Source: an uncultured delta proteobacterium (lineage in GTDB: Bacteria; Desulfobacterota; BSN033; UBA1163). From it: a stretch of DNA of 64,000 nt. Below the pieces are notes generated by a model that was not told where the DNA came from, searched no databases, and saw only the letters and a list, made by a program, of their open reading frames with translations. Position 1 is the first letter of the stretch. Each line of letters starts with the position of its first letter. The stretch covers positions 384,001 through 448,000 of the forward strand of contig CAVPSJ010000004.1 in assembly GCA_963708295.1 (NCBI GenBank). The letters are read 5' to 3'. The position numbers were made by a program, and so were the translations under genes. This document shows, one piece after another, positions 60,957 through 64,000 of this stretch.

Positions 60957-60994
60957 AAATAAAAAGGGAAGAGTCGACTCTTCCCTTTTTATTT
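60957..60994. terminator. Bidirectional intrinsic terminator
   Basis: AAATAAAAAGGGAAGAG-TCGA-CTCTTCCCTTTTTATTT between convergent genes. Confidence 0.75.
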
Positions 60995-61128
60995 TGGAAT
61001 CACGCGTTCCCGCTCCTCACTTTCAGGTCGCCAAATCAACCTGCCTTCATGATGTGTCTCGGTTAAGCCACCTTCCGTATATGGAACCGCCTGAGATTTT
61101 TCCTCGGCCTCCATTCCCCGTAGAAGAG

Positions 61129-61866
61129 CTACTTCGAAGGAATGGGCTTGGGCAAGAGGGGGAAAGAGAATTCAACGGAAGGGTTTGCCCTGCTGAGGAC
61201 GGAGGAGATGACGGTTCCCCCCAAATAATTCGGGATCAGCCGAGACAGTTCGAGGATGATTTCATCGGCCCTCTCTCTTCCCACTTCACCCAACACATCA
61301 ATGGGGATGAAGATATTTTTAGTTTTTTCCGTCGCTTTGTCTTTTTCGCACTGACGCCATACCCAATTCCGGGTCAGCACCTCTCGATCATCACAATAGA
61401 CCAGCTCTCCCTTTGGCACAACGCTTGTGTCCCCACCCCCCATGGGAGTGAAAGGCTCCCATCCTTCCGTAAACCGCAGGTGAATATTCCCCTCAAGAGT
61501 GTCCAGATCATGGCCTCCCATCGGGACCAAAAACCTTAACGAGACACTGTTATAGAGATCCACAAGGGGGTTAATCTTCGGAAAAGGATCTCCTTTCAAA
61601 ACCCTTCTCGCCATGGATTCAATGGAACTTGGGAATTTACTTCCTGAAATGCCCAGCTTGGAGAAGGCAGATCTCCACGGTTTGATCCTCGGATGGTCCT
61701 GGGCTTTTCCACCGATAAAGTTTTTTCTCATCTCCTCGACAGCCCGGGTGAGAAGGTCTTCAATCTCTTTGGACGGACGGGTATTGTCCAAATCCATTGC
61801 CACTGCCATCCCAATGGTGAGATCAGGCAGGATATCGAACAGCTCCTTCTGAATAGAGAACAACAT
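61129..61866 (-). CDS. Stand-alone B3/B4 (PheRS-beta editing-like) domain protein
   Basis: HPRI.PWR.AF, SSIESM.RR, INPLVDLYNSVSL, GG.DLD, W.WRQ. Confidence 0.85.
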   Translation of the reverse strand: MLFSIQKELFDILPDLTIGMAVAMDLDNTRPSKEIEDLLTRAVEEMRKNFIGGKAQDHPRIKPWRSAFSKLGISGSKFPSSIESMARRVLKGDPFPKINPLVDLYNSVSLRFLVPMGGHDLDTLEGNIHLRFTEGWEPFTPMGGGDTSVVPKGELVYCDDREVLTRNWVWRQCEKDKATEKTKNIFIPIDVLGEVGRERADEIILELSRLIPNYLGGTVISSVLSRANPSVEFSFPLLPKPIPSK

Positions 61867-62131
61867 CTTCTCCTCCTTGCCCCTCGCAGCTCGCAAAAAT
61901 AGATTGTCGTTTTAATCCCCCGTAACATTCCCGCCAATAAAAGTCAACTCACTCAGCGAGGGGCAAGCGGCTGACGTTCCTTGACCATGAATCCTATTTT
62001 CTATATAGTGATTTCATTGGGGTTGAGCCCAACAGGGAGCTTCCGCTAACAACCTATGTTCGTCCGGTTCCACATTCATCGGTAGCCTGGGAGGAACAAG
62101 GGATAGCTTCAGAATAAGAGGAGGAATCTAA

Positions 62132-63226
62132 ACGAATCGCCGTCAGTTTCTTCGTTACTCTGCTTTCTGTGGCTTATCGGTCAGCCTTGGGAGTTTTTCC
62201 CCTTTCGCACAGGGCTTTTCAGCATCTAAGAATGACCAGCCTCTTCTAAAAGGGCTACAAATAATCGATGCCCATGCGCATCCCGATCGTTATGTCTACA
62301 ATTCACGCCCAACCGATAACACTTCAACGCTCAAGACCATCAAGAAATTGGGAATGGTTGCCAGTTGTTTCGCCGCAGTGGGTGATTCGGTATTTCTGAA
62401 TCAAGGCCGTGTCCCCGGGACTGAATATCACAGCACAAAGACCCAGCTGGAGTGGTGGCTCAAAGGCATCGTCAAGTCTGAAAAGGTCAGGTTAGTACTG
62501 AAAGCCTCCGATATACCGGCTGTTTTAGATGGCGAAAGTCCTCCAGGTGCCATTTTGGCCGTCGAGGGAGGAGACGCCCTGAAAGGTAACCCTGACACAA
62601 TAAATGAATTCTATCGTATGGGAGTCAGAATCATGACCCTGATCCATTATCGAAACAATGAGATCGGGGACACGATGAGAATGTGGAGAAATCTCAGTCC
62701 GGGCCCTTCCTCCAATGGTTTGACTCCCGCTGGGCGCAAGGTTGTAGAGCGGATGCAGGATTTGGGCATCGTGGTCGATGTCGCTCACGCCCATACTGCC
62801 ACTCTAAGACAGATTGCGGAAATAAGTTCAAGGCCGTTGATTGATTCGCATACAAACCCTTGCTCCATCGAAGACCCGTTGCAGTGCGGTCGATCTCGCA
62901 CTTGGAGAGAACTGGAATGGATTGCCAAAACAGAAGGGGTGGTTTGTACCTGGCCTTTGGCCTATACACGGGGGGCGACGACCCGAATCACTTTCTTAGA
63001 TTGGGCCAAAGAAATTTCTGAGATGAAGAACCGATTAGGAATAGAGCACGTGGGTTTGGGAACAGATGGGGGAGGAGGCCTCCCGGGCCTCATTGAGGGC
63101 TATCGAGACATTGATGATTTATCAAAACTAATCAAGGTCATGCAGGAGATTGGCTTTTCGCATCATGACATTGCAGCCTATATGGGCGGCAACTTCTATC
63201 GGGTGCTTCGAAGCTGCATCGGCTGA
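62132..63226 (+). CDS. Membrane dipeptidase (M19 amidohydrolase) with Tat signal; start codon reads ACG
   Basis: (T/M)NRRQFLR Tat motif, IIDAHAHP, LAVEG, VDVAH, DSHT, HVGLGTD, YMGGNF.RV. Confidence 0.85.
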   Translation, partial: TNRRQFLRYSAFCGLSVSLGSFSPFAQGFSASKNDQPLLKGLQIIDAHAHPDRYVYNSRPTDNTSTLKTIKKLGMVASCFAAVGDSVFLNQGRVPGTEYHSTKTQLEWWLKGIVKSEKVRLVLKASDIPAVLDGESPPGAILAVEGGDALKGNPDTINEFYRMGVRIMTLIHYRNNEIGDTMRMWRNLSPGPSSNGLTPAGRKVVERMQDLGIVVDVAHAHTATLRQIAEISSRPLIDSHTNPCSIEDPLQCGRSRTWRELEWIAKTEGVVCTWPLAYTRGATTRITFLDWAKEISEMKNRLGIEHVGLGTDGGGGLPGLIEGYRDIDDLSKLIKVMQEIGFSHHDIAAYMGGNFYRVLRSCIG

Positions 63227-63416
63227 CAGCATCGCTTATGCTGGGGGTTTTCGGGCCATTCAATTGAAAGTGATGATGAGATGAGGGGGTAGGTGTTTGG
63301 GTGTTGGGGAGGGAGACTCTCCTTTGGAAAAGAGGTTTTTTGTATTAGAATTTTGTCGCATGGATATTCAAAACCGTGGCGAGCGTTCATTCATCTGGAT
63401 AAGGGGGGATCCTAAA

Positions 63417-63854
63417 ATGCTGTCTTCCGACTTGAAAGAGACGATCCTCAGAAGAATCATGCAGATTCCTATTGTGGATACCCTTCAAATAAAGATCATT
63501 TCACTATCTGACGGATGCTGCGAGGCCATGGCGCCCAGAAAATTAGGCTATGACGGGGTTTTTGAGTCATTTCATGGCGGCCTCTTGATGACTCTTGCGG
63601 ACAGCACCGCTTGCTTTGCCATATTCACAAAGACGGGGCCGGATGTACGCCTGACGACTACGGACATGAGCATTCGATTCCTGGCGCCCTGCCTGAGCGA
63701 TGCCTTCGCCAGAGCAGAGGTAATCAAAGTGGGCCGAACCCTTTGCCCCGTCACCGTAAACCTCTTTGATTCCCACAACAAACGGGTGGCCCTTGCCCAG
63801 GTCACCTATATGCTCCTCAACAACGGCAAGGAGAGGCCAGAGGCTCGAAAATAA
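63417..63854 (+). CDS. PaaI-family thioesterase
   Basis: FHGGLLMTLADS, T.DMSIRFLAP, GRT. Confidence 0.88.
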   Translation: MLSSDLKETILRRIMQIPIVDTLQIKIISLSDGCCEAMAPRKLGYDGVFESFHGGLLMTLADSTACFAIFTKTGPDVRLTTTDMSIRFLAPCLSDAFARAEVIKVGRTLCPVTVNLFDSHNKRVALAQVTYMLLNNGKERPEARK

Positions 63855-63943
63855 CTCTCAGATAGGGCCCGGCCTGCCACCCGTTAGCATAGCGCAAAGA
63901 GCGTAGAGGGAAATTGGGAATAGGACTGGAGGGTATCTTCGTT

Positions 63944-64000
63944 ATGATCAGAGAACTGGGTTTGAAGAAGCCGAAGATTGATGAGTCGGCGTTTGTGAGT
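63944..64000 (+). CDS. Probable gamma-carbonic-anhydrase/hexapeptide-repeat protein (partial)
   Basis: MIRELGLKKPKIDESAFVS, RBS GGAGG; only 19 codons visible. Confidence 0.5.
   Translation, partial: MIRELGLKKPKIDESAFVS

Overview
A 64 kb chromosomal segment from a selenocysteine-using bacterium. Gene order and content suggest Desulfobacterota/deltaproteobacteria (inference). It is mostly housekeeping: ftsEX-envC-ctpA, panE/panB, nrdD-nrdJ with NrdR boxes, a radical SAM-rng-rplU-rpmA-obgE-proBA-nadD-rsfS block, pxpABC, proline dehydrogenase and threonine dehydratase. The standout is at 4.3-9.0 kb (minus strand): an Rrf2-linked sulfur-carrier/cysteine-synthase operon (ThiS/MoaD-like carrier, rhodanese-MoeB, double rhodanese, JAB peptidase, CysM). 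In it, BOTH the MoeB/E1 catalytic Cys and the rhodanese catalytic Cys are replaced by in-frame UGA codons, each followed by a SECIS-like hairpin, so the ORF track truncates two probable selenoproteins. It abuts a CusCBA-type efflux operon preceded by a Cys/His-rich, HPP-ending small protein, a sigma-54 promoter and a duplicated dyad/structured element. Also present: a small XRE + ImmA/IrrE island with a tandem operator and a MITE-like insertion, several unannotated small ORFs (ribosomal bS22, a Lys-rich peptide, a CxxC lipoprotein), a putative attenuator, and many inverted short-period intergenic repeats. Many single-base frameshifts in essential genes look like consensus sequencing errors. 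All family calls come from motif recognition, not database searches.
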